Assembly (NCBI GenBank): GCA_963798845.1 | Contig: CAWCUS010000002.1 | Span: 416,001-480,000, forward strand | Reading direction: 5' to 3' | Source of the DNA: an uncultured Gemmatimonadales bacterium | Lineage (GTDB): Bacteria > Gemmatimonadota > Gemmatimonadetes > Longimicrobiales > RSA9 | DNA length: 64,000 bases | Shown here: positions 13,978-23,836 of the stretch, piece by piece | Position numbering within the stretch: the stretch's first letter is position 1 | Layout of the letters: each line of letters starts with the position of its first letter | Translations under genes and position numbers: made by a program | The notes under the pieces: model-generated | Database searches by the model: none | Told to the model about the DNA's origin: nothing | Seen by the model: only the letters and a program-made list of their open reading frames with translations

Positions 13978-16900
13978 TCACCTTCGCCCCCCCTCCAGCT
14001 CGGCGAGTCGGGCGCGCAGCCGCTCGAGCCGCCGCTGCTGGCCCGCCGTCGCCGGGTAGAGCGTTCCGGGTTGCACTCCGCCGCCGTCCACCTCGCGGAA
14101 CAGTGCCGCGGCCTCGCGGCGAACCCGCCCGAGCGCGGCGCGCGCGGCGTCCCCGTCGCGGGTGGTGGCGGCCGCCGCCGCTCGCCGCTGGATGTCCATC
14201 GTGCCGAGCAGGAACCGCTCGCGGGCGCGGTAATCCTCATCTCCCAGCATCGGCATGAGCGGATCGCCGCGCACCATCACGTCCTGACGCGGGTGCGCGC
14301 CCCCTGATTCGAGCGTGACGGTGTACGTCCCCGGCGAGACGAAGGGACCACGCGGGCCGAGCGGGTGCGGCATTGGCTCCGCTTCACGGCCCTCCGCGGC
14401 CACAGGCGCTGCCGCGGGCCCCGCTTCCGGCTGGACCGGTGCGTAGCGGAGGTCCCACACCACGCGGTGGATCACGCCCGCATCGCCGGACACATGGAGG
14501 GTGCGGACGGTGTCGCCTCCCCGGGTGATGACGATGCGGGCGTCGCTGGACGGAGCCGCGAGCCGATAGTCGATGATGGCCCCCTCGGGCGGATTTTCCC
14601 CGGTCCAGTCGGCCATGCCCCGGTACGACGTGTCCTTCCAGTACTGGCGCAGAGTGGCGGAGCGGACGGGGAAGAGAGCCACGTCGTCGCGGGCCGCGGC
14701 GGCGAGCGCGACGGGCAATGCGTCGTCGAGGATCCACAGCCCTCGTCCGTGGGTGGCCGCGACGAGGTCGCCTTCCCGGGGGTGGATGAGGAGGTCGTCG
14801 TACGCGGTGGTCGGGAGGTTGGCGCCGAACCGCTGCCAGGACGCTCCCGCGTCGGTGGAGACCCAGAGCGCGTGCTCCGTCCCCAGGAAGAGCACGTGCG
14901 GGTTGTCGGGGTGCTCAAGGATGACGTTGACGGAGCCCTCCGGGTCGAGTCCCGCGACGAGCGGCGTCCACGTCCTACCGAAGTCGTCGGTGCCGAAGAC
15001 GTAGGGCGCGAAGTCGCCATCGCAATGGGCGTCGAACGTGGCGTAGGCGATGGCGGCTCCGAAGCGCGAGCCAATGACCCGGCTGACGTACGTCCCGGCG
15101 GGGAGGCCGCTGACGTTGCGGTCCACGCGTGTCCAGGTGTCGCCGCCGTCACGGGAGAGGACGAGGCTGCCGTCATCGGCCCCCACCCAGAGGACGAGGG
15201 AGTCCACCGGAGACTCCGCGATGGTCACGATCTCGCCGTAGCTTTCGGTGCCGTCGTTCTTGGACAGGGTGATGTCCGCGCCCGTCACGCCCATGAGCGC
15301 GAGCGTGTCGCGGTCCACCTGGCGGGTCAGGTCGGGCGAGCGCGCCCAGGTGGCGCCGCGGTCGTGGGAGATGAAGAGCCGGTTGCCGCCGACGTAGAAC
15401 GTCTTCGGATCGTGGGGTGAGAGGAGGCTCGGAGCGACCCAGTCGAAGCGATAGTCCGGCTCGCCCTCCGGCGGCACGGGACGGATGTCCATGCGGTCGC
15501 CCGTGAACGCGTCCACGCGCGTGTACCCGCCGTTCTCGTTGTTGCTGTCAATGTAATGGGCGCTGGTGGGGTCCGCCTGCTGGTACATCCCGTCGCTGAA
15601 CCCGATCTGCCTCCAGTCCCCGGCCAGGATCCCGGCCCAGTGGCGCGTGGCGCTGGGTCCCATCCACGAGTGGTTGTCCTGGAGCCCGACGTAGAGCCAG
15701 TACGGGTCGCGCATGTCGGCGCCAATGGCATATGCCTGGGCAACGGGGATGTTGTTCAGGCGGATGTAGGTCGCGCCGCGGTCCCAGGTCTCGTACAGGC
15801 CGCCATCCCCGCCCAGGTAGTAGTGGTCCGGGTTGCGCGGGTCGATCCACATGGCGTGGTGGTCGCTGTGCACGCCCACGTCGTAGGCAAGGCGGCCGGA
15901 CACGTCGGTCCACGTGCGGCCGCCGTCCTCGCTGCGACCCGAGTAGGTGGCGAGCGTGTAGACGCGATCCGCATCCGAGGGGTCGATGTAGATCGCGCTG
16001 TAGTACGAGGGGCGGATGTCGCGGTCGCTCATGCGAGTCCAGCGGGCGCCGCCGTCCTCGGTGCGGTACACGCCGCCAGAGTCCGGGTGCTCGACAATGG
16101 CGTCCACAATGCCGCACATGCTCGCCGCGGCGGCGAGCCCGATCCGCCCCTTGTCGCCCGAAGGGAGGCCCTGCTCCATGCGACGCCACGTTTCGCCCCC
16201 ATCCGTACTCTTCCAGATCCCGCTTCCCGGGCCTCCCCCGTTGAACCCCCAGGTGCGCCGGAGCCGCTGGTAGGTGGCCGCGTACAGGGTGTTCGGGTCG
16301 CACGCGTCCATGGCGAGGTCGGTGGCTCCGGTGAGGGTGTCCACGTAGAGCGTCTTCTGCCAGTTCCGGCCTCCGTCCCGGGTCACGAATACGCCGCGGT
16401 CCCGGCCGGGCGCCCAGAGATTGCCCTGGGCGGCAACCCACGCGTGGTCCGGGTCGGCGGGGTCGACGACGATGCGGCCGATGTGGCGGGTATTCACGAG
16501 GCCCAGGTGCGTCCAGGTCTTCCCGGCGTCGGTCGAGCGGTAGACGCCGCTGCCCCAGGAGGTGCTCTGCCGGTTGTTCTGCTCGCCCGTCCCAGCCCAG
16601 ACGACGTCAGGGTCGGACGGCGCGATGGCCAGGTCGCCGAAGGTGCTGTTCTCCTGGTGGTCGAAGATCGGCGTCCACGTCGTTCCCTTGTTCGTGGACT
16701 TCCAGATCCCGCCGGTGGCGGCCGCGACGTAGATCGTGGAGGGGTCGAAGGGGAGCGCTTCGATGTCGTGGATGCGGCCGCCCGTCACCGCGGGACCGAT
16801 CGAGCGGAACGCGAGCTCCCGGTAGAGCTCCGGGACCGCCGCGTGCGGCGCGTCCGCGCTGCCCTGCTCGGACTGCGCGGCCGCGTGCACCGGATGGATG

Positions 16901-17028
16901 AGCGCCGCGCAGGCCGCGCCGGCCGCGAGCACCAGGGCTGCGGCCAGGGCGGGGAGCGGCGGATTGGACGGGGTGGACGCGAAGGTCGATGCCGTCGGTG
17001 GTTGGCCCATCGTCAGGAAGGAGGACAT
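13978..17028 (-). CDS. Secreted BNR/Asp-box (VPS10/sortilin-like) beta-propeller protein, putative glycosyl hydrolase
   Basis: Many S.D.G.TW repeats, RSIGPAVTGGRI and a hydrophobic signal-like N-terminus. Confidence 0.8.
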   Translation of the reverse strand: MSSFLTMGQPPTASTFASTPSNPPLPALAAALVLAAGAACAALIHPVHAAAQSEQGSADAPHAAVPELYRELAFRSIGPAVTGGRIHDIEALPFDPSTIYVAAATGGIWKSTNKGTTWTPIFDHQENSTFGDLAIAPSDPDVVWAGTGEQNNRQSTSWGSGVYRSTDAGKTWTHLGLVNTRHIGRIVVDPADPDHAWVAAQGNLWAPGRDRGVFVTRDGGRNWQKTLYVDTLTGATDLAMDACDPNTLYAATYQRLRRTWGFNGGGPGSGIWKSTDGGETWRRMEQGLPSGDKGRIGLAAAASMCGIVDAIVEHPDSGGVYRTEDGGARWTRMSDRDIRPSYYSAIYIDPSDADRVYTLATYSGRSEDGGRTWTDVSGRLAYDVGVHSDHHAMWIDPRNPDHYYLGGDGGLYETWDRGATYIRLNNIPVAQAYAIGADMRDPYWLYVGLQDNHSWMGPSATRHWAGILAGDWRQIGFSDGMYQQADPTSAHYIDSNNENGGYTRVDAFTGDRMDIRPVPPEGEPDYRFDWVAPSLLSPHDPKTFYVGGNRLFISHDRGATWARSPDLTRQVDRDTLALMGVTGADITLSKNDGTESYGEIVTIAESPVDSLVLWVGADDGSLVLSRDGGDTWTRVDRNVSGLPAGTYVSRVIGSRFGAAIAYATFDAHCDGDFAPYVFGTDDFGRTWTPLVAGLDPEGSVNVILEHPDNPHVLFLGTEHALWVSTDAGASWQRFGANLPTTAYDDLLIHPREGDLVAATHGRGLWILDDALPVALAAAARDDVALFPVRSATLRQYWKDTSYRGMADWTGENPPEGAIIDYRLAAPSSDARIVITRGGDTVRTLHVSGDAGVIHRVVWDLRYAPVQPEAGPAAAPVAAEGREAEPMPHPLGPRGPFVSPGTYTVTLESGGAHPRQDVMVRGDPLMPMLGDEDYRARERFLLGTMDIQRRAAAAATTRDGDAARAALGRVRREAAALFREVDGGGVQPGTLYPATAGQQRRLERLRARLAELEGGRR

Positions 17029-17127
17029 GAACGTTCTTCCGCGTGTGTCCGGGTGCAGTCTGCGGGTGGCCCTGGTTCCACTGCGAATCTAGTCCCGGGG
17101 GCCGCGCCGGTCCAAACGGGGGCGGCG

Positions 17128-17943
17128 CTAATCGACGGAGGCCAGGATCTCCGCGAGGGCGGCGTGCATGGCGGGGTTGCCGGCGAGGATGGCGCCGGCA
17201 GCGCGGACGTCCGGGTCGCCTGCGATGGAGGTCACCACGCCGCCAGCCTCACGGATCATGAGGGTGCCTGCGGCGATGTCCCAGGGCGCCAGCCAGAGCT
17301 CCCAGAAGGCGTCCAGCCAGCCGGTGGCAACGTGGCACAGGTCCAGGGCTGCGGCCCCGCAGCGCCGGACGCCGGACGTGCGGCGGATCACCCTGTCGAA
17401 CTGGCGCAGGTACGTGGGGAGGGCGTGGAGTAGCTTGAACGGGAAGCCGGTGCCCACCAGCGCGTGGTCGAGGCGCTCAATGGCTGAAACGTGGATCTGC
17501 CGACCGTCCAGATGGGCGCCACCGCCGGCCCGGGCGCTCCATTCGGCGCGCGTCGTGCCGTCGATCACCGCCCCCGCCACGACCTCGCCGCGGTGGGCGA
17601 CGGCGACGGACGCCGCGAACATGGGATACGCGTGCAGGAAGTTGGTGGTGCCATCGAGGGGGTCCACGATCCAGAGCCATTCGGCGCGCTCGAAGCGGGC
17701 GCGGAACACGCCGGCATCCAGGGTTTCCGTGGATTCCTCCGCCAGGATGTCGTGCCCGGGGCAGCAGGACCGGATATGGTCCAGCACCCGGGCTTCGGCC
17801 TCCCGGTCCACGCGGGTCACGAAATCGGCCGTGCCCTTTTCCGACCATTCGCTCGGGTCCAGCGTGCCGATCTCGCGGGCGTGGATGTCCACGGCCCTCC
17901 GGGCCGCATCCAGTGCGATCTGCTCCAGGTCGGCTCGCTCCAT
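17128..17943 (-). CDS. suhB: Inositol monophosphatase family protein
   Basis: Motifs WIVDPLDGTTNF, GAAALDL and WDIAAG. Confidence 0.9.
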   Translation of the reverse strand: MERADLEQIALDAARRAVDIHAREIGTLDPSEWSEKGTADFVTRVDREAEARVLDHIRSCCPGHDILAEESTETLDAGVFRARFERAEWLWIVDPLDGTTNFLHAYPMFAASVAVAHRGEVVAGAVIDGTTRAEWSARAGGGAHLDGRQIHVSAIERLDHALVGTGFPFKLLHALPTYLRQFDRVIRRTSGVRRCGAAALDLCHVATGWLDAFWELWLAPWDIAAGTLMIREAGGVVTSIAGDPDVRAAGAILAGNPAMHAALAEILASVD

Positions 17944-18125
17944 GGGTTTCGTGACGCCTGTTCTCGGGGTTCGTCCGGCTGTTGCTGGCGGTCCTGCGTG
18001 CCGGTATCCTTGACGGACCGGGCCGCCGGGCGGAAAACATACCGAGGCGCGGTACGGCGGGACAGCAACCGGCAGAGATCTTGCGCTCGAGCGTTGATCC
18101 GGGGATGCAGCCAAGGAGAAGCGCG

Positions 18126-18416
18126 ATGGCGGAAGGCAATCGAGCCGGCGGCGAGCGCCACGGACGCTCGGAAGACGTGGTGGTCCTGACGTGCATTGAG
18201 TGCGGCCGGGACTACGAGTTCGGCGGGGACGAGGCGCCGCCGGGCGACCTGACGTGCGAGAAGTGCGGAAACCAGGTGTTCCGTCGCTTCGACGCCTCGA
18301 AGTCGCCGGACGAGGTGGAGTCGGACTTCCGGGAGGCGACGGAGCGGGACCTGGCCACGAACGACCCCGCCGGGGATGCGACGGCGGGGGACCTCCACGA
18401 CCTGAACAACCTTTAG
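18126..18416 (+). CDS. Small zinc-ribbon protein with acidic C-terminus
   Basis: CIEC..CEKC pair, RBS AAGGAG, stop codon abutting dapA. Confidence 0.7.
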   Translation: MAEGNRAGGERHGRSEDVVVLTCIECGRDYEFGGDEAPPGDLTCEKCGNQVFRRFDASKSPDEVESDFREATERDLATNDPAGDATAGDLHDLNNL

Positions 18417-19313
18417 ATGCCGAGAGAACCCTTGTTCCGAGGATCCGGCGTCGCGCTGGTCACGCCGTTCGACGAGGCCGGGGTGAACGCGGCCGTGATG
18501 CGCGAGCTAGCCCGATTCCACCTGGAGGAGGGGACGGATGCGCTGATCGTGTGCGGGTCCACCGGCGAGGCAGCCACGATGACGCCGGAAGAGCAGGCCA
18601 TGGCGGTGGCTGCGGTGGTGGAACAGGTAGCGGGGCAGGTCCCGGTCGTCGCCGGATGCGGCGGAAGCGACACGGCGGCGGTGTCGCGGCTGGCGGAAGG
18701 GGCGAGGAAGGCCGGCGCGGACGCGCTCCTGCTGAGCGCGCCGCCGTACAACAAGCCGCCGCAGCGCGGGCTGCTTGCGCACTTCCGGGCGGTGATGGAC
18801 GTGGGCGAGCTCCCGGCCATCATCTACAACGTCCCGGGACGCACGGCTGTGCCGATCGCGCCGTCGACGGTGGCGGAGCTGGCGGAGGACGAGCGGGTCC
18901 TGGGGGTGAAGGAAGCGTCGGGCGACCTGTCGCTGATCGCCGACCTGGCGGCGCTGCTGCGGGACCGGATCACGCTGTGGAGCGGGAACGACGATCAGGT
19001 CCTGCCGGTGCTGTCGCTCGGCGGACAGGGGGTGATCAGCGTCCTGGGCAACGTGGCGCCGGCCGACACGAGCCGCATGGTGCACGCGTACCTCGAAGGC
19101 GACACCGACACGGCCACCGACCTCCAGTTGCGCTACCTGCCGCTCATTCGCGCGCTCTTCGCCGTCTCCAACCCGATTCCCGTCAAAACGCTCACAGGTT
19201 GGCTCGGCTTCGACGTGGGGCCGCTCCGGCTCCCTCTCGTGCCGCTCACAGCTGCGGAGCGCGAGCGGCTCATCGCCGCGGCCGAGGACGCCGGGCTCGA
19301 GCCCCGGCACTGA
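18417..19313 (+). CDS. dapA: 4-hydroxy-tetrahydrodipicolinate synthase
   Basis: Motifs GSTGE, PPYNKP, IYNVPGRT, GVKEASGD and NPIPVK. Adjacent to dapB. Confidence 0.93.
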   Translation: MPREPLFRGSGVALVTPFDEAGVNAAVMRELARFHLEEGTDALIVCGSTGEAATMTPEEQAMAVAAVVEQVAGQVPVVAGCGGSDTAAVSRLAEGARKAGADALLLSAPPYNKPPQRGLLAHFRAVMDVGELPAIIYNVPGRTAVPIAPSTVAELAEDERVLGVKEASGDLSLIADLAALLRDRITLWSGNDDQVLPVLSLGGQGVISVLGNVAPADTSRMVHAYLEGDTDTATDLQLRYLPLIRALFAVSNPIPVKTLTGWLGFDVGPLRLPLVPLTAAERERLIAAAEDAGLEPRH

Positions 19314-19315
19314 CC

Positions 19316-20116
19316 ATGGCCCTCGATCTCGTGGTCTCGGGCGCCACCGGCCGAATGGGCCGGACGCTCGGATCGCTGATCCGCGAGACCGCCGACCTTC
19401 ACGCCATCGGCGGAATCGCCCCGGACGCTGCCGGGCAGGACGCGGCGGCGCTCGGGTTCGATACGCTGGTGGCGCTGGAGGACGCCGGCGGACTGATCCG
19501 GAGCACCGACGCCGTCATCGACTTTTCCGCCCCGGGGTACCTGGCGGCGCTTCTCGACGCCCACGCCGACGGCCTCGCCGGACGCGCGCTGCTGGTGGGG
19601 ACCACGGGGCTGGATGGGGACGTGGAAGCCCGGCTGGATCGGCTCGCACGATCGGCTGCGGTGCTCGTGGCGGCCAACTTCAGCGTCGGGGTGAACGTGC
19701 TCCTGGGGCTGGCGGAACAGGCCGCGCGCGCTCTCGGGTCGGCTGGCTACGACGTGGAGGTGGTGGAGACGCACCACCGTCGCAAGGAGGACGCGCCGAG
19801 CGGCACGGCGCTGGCCCTTGGCCGGGCCGTGGCCCGCGGACGCGGCGCGGAGCTGGAGTCGGCGCGGCGCGACGGTCGCAGCGGACGGACGGGTCGGCGC
19901 CCGGAAGGCGAGATCGCGTTCCACGCCCTGCGGGGCGGGGACGTGGTCGGCGAGCACACGGTTCACTTCCTCGGTCAGCGGGAGAGGATCGCGCTTTCGC
20001 ACGGAGCGCAGACGCGGGAGCTGTTCGCCGAGGGGGCTCTCGTGGCGGCGAGGTGGATGGTGGGGCGGGAGCCGGGGCGGTACGGGATGTCCGACGTCCT
20101 CGGGCTGCCCGGATAG
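19316..20116 (+). CDS. dapB: 4-hydroxy-tetrahydrodipicolinate reductase
   Basis: Motifs GATGRMG, IDFS, GTTG and ETHHRRKEDAPSGTA. Confidence 0.95.
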   Translation: MALDLVVSGATGRMGRTLGSLIRETADLHAIGGIAPDAAGQDAAALGFDTLVALEDAGGLIRSTDAVIDFSAPGYLAALLDAHADGLAGRALLVGTTGLDGDVEARLDRLARSAAVLVAANFSVGVNVLLGLAEQAARALGSAGYDVEVVETHHRRKEDAPSGTALALGRAVARGRGAELESARRDGRSGRTGRRPEGEIAFHALRGGDVVGEHTVHFLGQRERIALSHGAQTRELFAEGALVAARWMVGREPGRYGMSDVLGLPG

Positions 20117-20214
20117 ACGCAGCGCGTCGTACGGGGAGGACGGGGCCTCCGCGGGCCGGCCGGCACGCCGCTGGGCCGAGCCCGCACACGATCACGACTG
20201 GCACACCGAATCCA

Positions 20215-20922
20215 ATGGATTACCGGGAGATTCGCGACCTGATCGCGAATGCGAAGAAGAGCACGCCGGTGACAGTGCACGTGCGCCACGAGGGCGCGCT
20301 GGAGGTGAAGGCCGGGAAGGGGCTGAAGGTGTTCCCGGCGGGCGCGGGCACCACGATCCTGATCGGCGAGTGGGAGCACGTCGCGGCGGCGCTGGAAGGC
20401 GCGAACGTGATGTACTACCACGTGGACAACGACTGCCGGAACTCTGCGATCCCGCTCCTCGACCTGAAGCGCCTGTCCGCCAGGATCGAGCCGGGGTGCC
20501 TCATCCGGGACGGCGCGGAGATCGGGGAGCGGGTCATCGGGATGATGGGCGCCGTGGTGAACATTGGCGCCGTGGTCGGCGACGGGACCATGCTGGACAT
20601 GAACTGCGTCGTGGGCGCGCGCGCGGTTGTGGGAAAGGACTGCCACGTGGGGGCGGGGGCGGTGCTGGCAGGGGTGCTGGAGCCGCCGAGCGCGCAGCCG
20701 GTGGTGATCGAGGACGAGGTGCTGATCGGCGCCAACGCCGTGGTGCTGGAGGGGGTGACCGTCGGCCGCGGGTCCGTGGTTGCGGCCGGTGCGGTGGTGA
20801 CGCGGGACGTCCCGCCGCTGACCGTCGTGGCGGGGCAGCCGGCGAGGGAGATCAAGAAGGTGGACGCGAAGACGAAAGACAAGACGAGCCTGCTGAAGGA
20901 GCTGCGGCGCCTGAACGACTGA
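20215..20922 (+). CDS. dapH: Tetrahydrodipicolinate N-acetyltransferase (DapH type)
   Basis: N-terminus IANAKKSTPV, RNSAIPLLDL..ARIEPG, GVLEPPSA.PV and hexapeptide repeats. Confidence 0.85.
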   Translation: MDYREIRDLIANAKKSTPVTVHVRHEGALEVKAGKGLKVFPAGAGTTILIGEWEHVAAALEGANVMYYHVDNDCRNSAIPLLDLKRLSARIEPGCLIRDGAEIGERVIGMMGAVVNIGAVVGDGTMLDMNCVVGARAVVGKDCHVGAGAVLAGVLEPPSAQPVVIEDEVLIGANAVVLEGVTVGRGSVVAAGAVVTRDVPPLTVVAGQPAREIKKVDAKTKDKTSLLKELRRLND

Positions 20923-21022
20923 GGCCGCAACCCCGGGGCTCGCCGCGGCGGGAGCCCCGCCGTAGCATTCTCTCAGCCCGGCACCGCGCCGGGCGCGACC
21001 CGCAGTGAACTGGAAGGTTCCG

Positions 21023-21703
21023 ATGCCGGAGCTCTCGTCGATGGCGGATGTCGGCTGGGTGCACCCCGAGCTGTTCGGCCGCTTGCTGGTGGCGGCACTG
21101 CTGGGGGGCGTGATCGGGGTGGAGCGAGAATGGAGCGGAAAGCCGGCCGGCTTCCGGACCAACCTCCTGATCTGCCTGGGCGCGGCCCTGGTGACGGAAA
21201 TCTCCCTGGCGGTGGCCGCGGCGGGGAATCCCGCCGGAACCGCGGATCCCGGCCGGATCGCCGCTCAGATCGTGAGTGGCATCGGCTTCCTCGGGGCCGG
21301 CACGATCATCCAGTCGCGCGGATCCGTGGTGGGGCTCACCACCGCGGCCACGCTCTGGGTGGTCGCGGGAATCGGGATGGCGGTGGGCACCGGGGCGTAC
21401 GGCGACGCCGTGGTGGCCACGGCGCTGGTCGTGGTCGCGCTCCTGCTGCTGGCCCGGGTCGAGCCGGCGCTGCGGCGCAGGGAAGAGCAGACCCTGCGGC
21501 TGACCATGGGGCGCGACCCGGCCGTATCGGCGCGCGTGGAGTCATTGCTGGCAGAGCGTTTCGAGTACCACCTGCACGAAGCAGAGCGGACGGAGCGGCA
21601 GCTCACGCTGGAGTACCACGTGAGCGGCCGACGCCGGGACCTGGACGGAGTGGTCGAGCAACTGGCGGCGGTGGAAGGCGTGCAGCGGGTGGTGCGCCGC
21701 TGA
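21023..21703 (+). CDS. MgtC/SapB family membrane protein
   Basis: Motifs GVERE..KPAGFRT, RIAAQIVSGIGFLGAG and GLTTAATLW. Confidence 0.92.
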   Translation: MPELSSMADVGWVHPELFGRLLVAALLGGVIGVEREWSGKPAGFRTNLLICLGAALVTEISLAVAAAGNPAGTADPGRIAAQIVSGIGFLGAGTIIQSRGSVVGLTTAATLWVVAGIGMAVGTGAYGDAVVATALVVVALLLLARVEPALRRREEQTLRLTMGRDPAVSARVESLLAERFEYHLHEAERTERQLTLEYHVSGRRRDLDGVVEQLAAVEGVQRVVRR

Positions 21704-22734
21704 TGCCCCGACTGGTTGTGGACCTGGCGGACGCCCGCCCGATCTTCGCGCTCCCCCGGCGCGTGACGGAGGCGCTCCGCGCCGCGCTCCCCGCCGGCTG
21801 GGAGCTCACCGTGGTGGACGCTCCCGCGGACGGAACAGGCGACGGTGCGGAGCGGGCGTCGTCGGCCTCGCTCGCCGCCGTGGCCGACGCCGAAGTCTAC
21901 GTCGGCTTCGGCATTCCGGCGGCGCTGCTCGCGGCGGGCCCGCGCCTGCGGTGGGTCCACAGCGCGGCGGCTGGCGTGCGCGCCTCCCTCACACCCGAGC
22001 TGCGCGCCCGTGACCTGGTATTCACCAACTCCGCCGGCGTGCACGCTGCCCCGGTCGCGGAGACGGTGCTGGGCTACCTGCTCCACTTCGCCCGCGGGCT
22101 GGACCAGGCCGTAGCGAGCCAACGGGAGGAGCGGTGGGACAGGGCGTGGTTCGACCGGGGCGACTCGCCCGTACGGGAGCTGGGGCGGAGCACCGTGGGA
22201 GTCGTGGGGCTGGGCGGAATCGGCCGCGCGGTGGCGGAGCGGGTCAGGGCGTTCGGGGCGGAGGTGCTGGCGACGCGGCGTCGCCCGGATCGCCCCGCCG
22301 GCGTTGCGGGCGTGGAGGTTCTCGCCGGCGACGACGCGCTCGAGACTTTACTGGCGCGCAGCCACTACGTGGTCCTCACTCTCCCGGAAACCGGGCGCAC
22401 GTACGGCCTGATGGGAGCGGCGCGCATCGCCCGCATGCGGCCGGACGCGGTTCTGGTCAACGTGTCGCGCGGCAGGCTGGTGGACGAGGAGGCGCTGGGC
22501 GCGGCGCTGCGGGAGAGCCGGCTGCGGGGCGCCGCGCTGGACGTCTTCAGCCGCGAGCCGCTGCCGCCCGGCCACCCGCTGTGGCACACGCCCAACGTCC
22601 TGATCACGCCCCACACGTCAGGGTACACGCACGCGTTCTGGGAGCGCGAGATGGCCCTGCTTACGGCGAACCTGGCGCGCTGGGTGGCCGGAGATCCACT
22701 CGTGAACGTGGTCGATGTGGCTGAAGGCTATTAA
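21703..22734 (+). CDS. D-2-hydroxyacid dehydrogenase
   Basis: Motifs GLGGIG, VNVSRG, AALDVF..EPL and ITPH. Confidence 0.92.
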   Translation: MPRLVVDLADARPIFALPRRVTEALRAALPAGWELTVVDAPADGTGDGAERASSASLAAVADAEVYVGFGIPAALLAAGPRLRWVHSAAAGVRASLTPELRARDLVFTNSAGVHAAPVAETVLGYLLHFARGLDQAVASQREERWDRAWFDRGDSPVRELGRSTVGVVGLGGIGRAVAERVRAFGAEVLATRRRPDRPAGVAGVEVLAGDDALETLLARSHYVVLTLPETGRTYGLMGAARIARMRPDAVLVNVSRGRLVDEEALGAALRESRLRGAALDVFSREPLPPGHPLWHTPNVLITPHTSGYTHAFWEREMALLTANLARWVAGDPLVNVVDVAEGY

Positions 22735-22774
22735 CTTGTCCGTCATCCCCCCGGACCCTCTCACATTTATAGCG

Positions 22775-23836
22775 ATGATCGAGATCCTGAAGAGCGCCAT
22801 CCGCCGTGGCGCGTCGGACATCCACATGAAGGCGGGTGACTACATCCGGGCGCGGGTCTACGGCGACCTGGTCCCGATCACGAAGCAGCAGGTGTCGCCG
22901 GCGCAGACGCGCCAGCTGGCCCAGCAGCTGGTGCCGGAGTGGGAGCGCGGGAACATAGACAAGCTGCGCGACTACGACTGCTCGTGGGGCGCGCCCGGTG
23001 TCGGCCGCTTCCGCGTGAACGTGTTCCGTCAGCGCGGGACCATGGGGATCATCATGCGGGTGATCCCGGTGGAAATCCCGACCCTGGAAGAGCTGGGACT
23101 GCCGCAGGTGCTGTCGGACATTGCGCTGTCGAACCGGGGAATGGTGCTGGTCACCGGGATCACGGGCGCGGGGAAGAGCACGACGCTCGCCGCCATGCTG
23201 AACCACGTGAACAACAACCGGTCCCACCACATCCTGACGCTGGAGGATCCCATCGAGTTCCTGCACAGGGACAACATGAGCTCCATCACGCAGCGGGAAG
23301 TGGGAACGGACACGGAGTCGTTCAACAAGGGTCTGCGAGCTGCGCTGCGCGAGGACCCGGACACGATCCTGGTGGGCGAGATGCGCGACACGGAGACCAT
23401 CGACATCGCGCTGAAGGCCGCCGAGACCGGACACCTGGTGTTCTCCACGCTGCATACGCAGAACGCGGTGAAGACGCTGACGCGCGTCGTCTCGGTGTTC
23501 CCGCGGGAGGAGCAGGAGATGGTGCGTGTCCGGCTGGCCGACACGATCCAGGCCGTGATCAGCCAACGGCTGCTCCCCCGCAAGGACGGGTCGGGGCGGA
23601 TCGCGGCGGTGGAGGTGATGGTGGCGACGTCGACGATCCGGGATCTGATTCTCGAGCCGCAGCGCATGGAGGAGATCACCGACCTGACGGCAGAAGGTCG
23701 GCAGCAGTACCGCTCCCAGACCTTCGACCAGCACCTGATGGAGCTGGTGACGAACGGGCTCGTGGACTTCGACGTGGCCAAGCAGGCAGCCAGCAACCCG
23801 TCCGATTTCGAGCTCAAGATGAGGACGCTTGCCTGA
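22775..23836 (+). CDS. pilT: PilT/PilU family type IV pilus retraction ATPase
   Basis: Motifs ASDIH, RFRVNVF, GITGAGKST, EDPIE, ALREDPD and AETGHLVFSTLH. Confidence 0.88.
   Translation: MIEILKSAIRRGASDIHMKAGDYIRARVYGDLVPITKQQVSPAQTRQLAQQLVPEWERGNIDKLRDYDCSWGAPGVGRFRVNVFRQRGTMGIIMRVIPVEIPTLEELGLPQVLSDIALSNRGMVLVTGITGAGKSTTLAAMLNHVNNNRSHHILTLEDPIEFLHRDNMSSITQREVGTDTESFNKGLRAALREDPDTILVGEMRDTETIDIALKAAETGHLVFSTLHTQNAVKTLTRVVSVFPREEQEMVRVRLADTIQAVISQRLLPRKDGSGRIAAVEVMVATSTIRDLILEPQRMEEITDLTAEGRQQYRSQTFDQHLMELVTNGLVDFDVAKQAASNPSDFELKMRTLA

Noticed and set aside
18200..20116. 638-aa ORF as an extended DapB
   Set aside because: The N-terminal part is an alternative frame over dapA. DapB starts at 19316.
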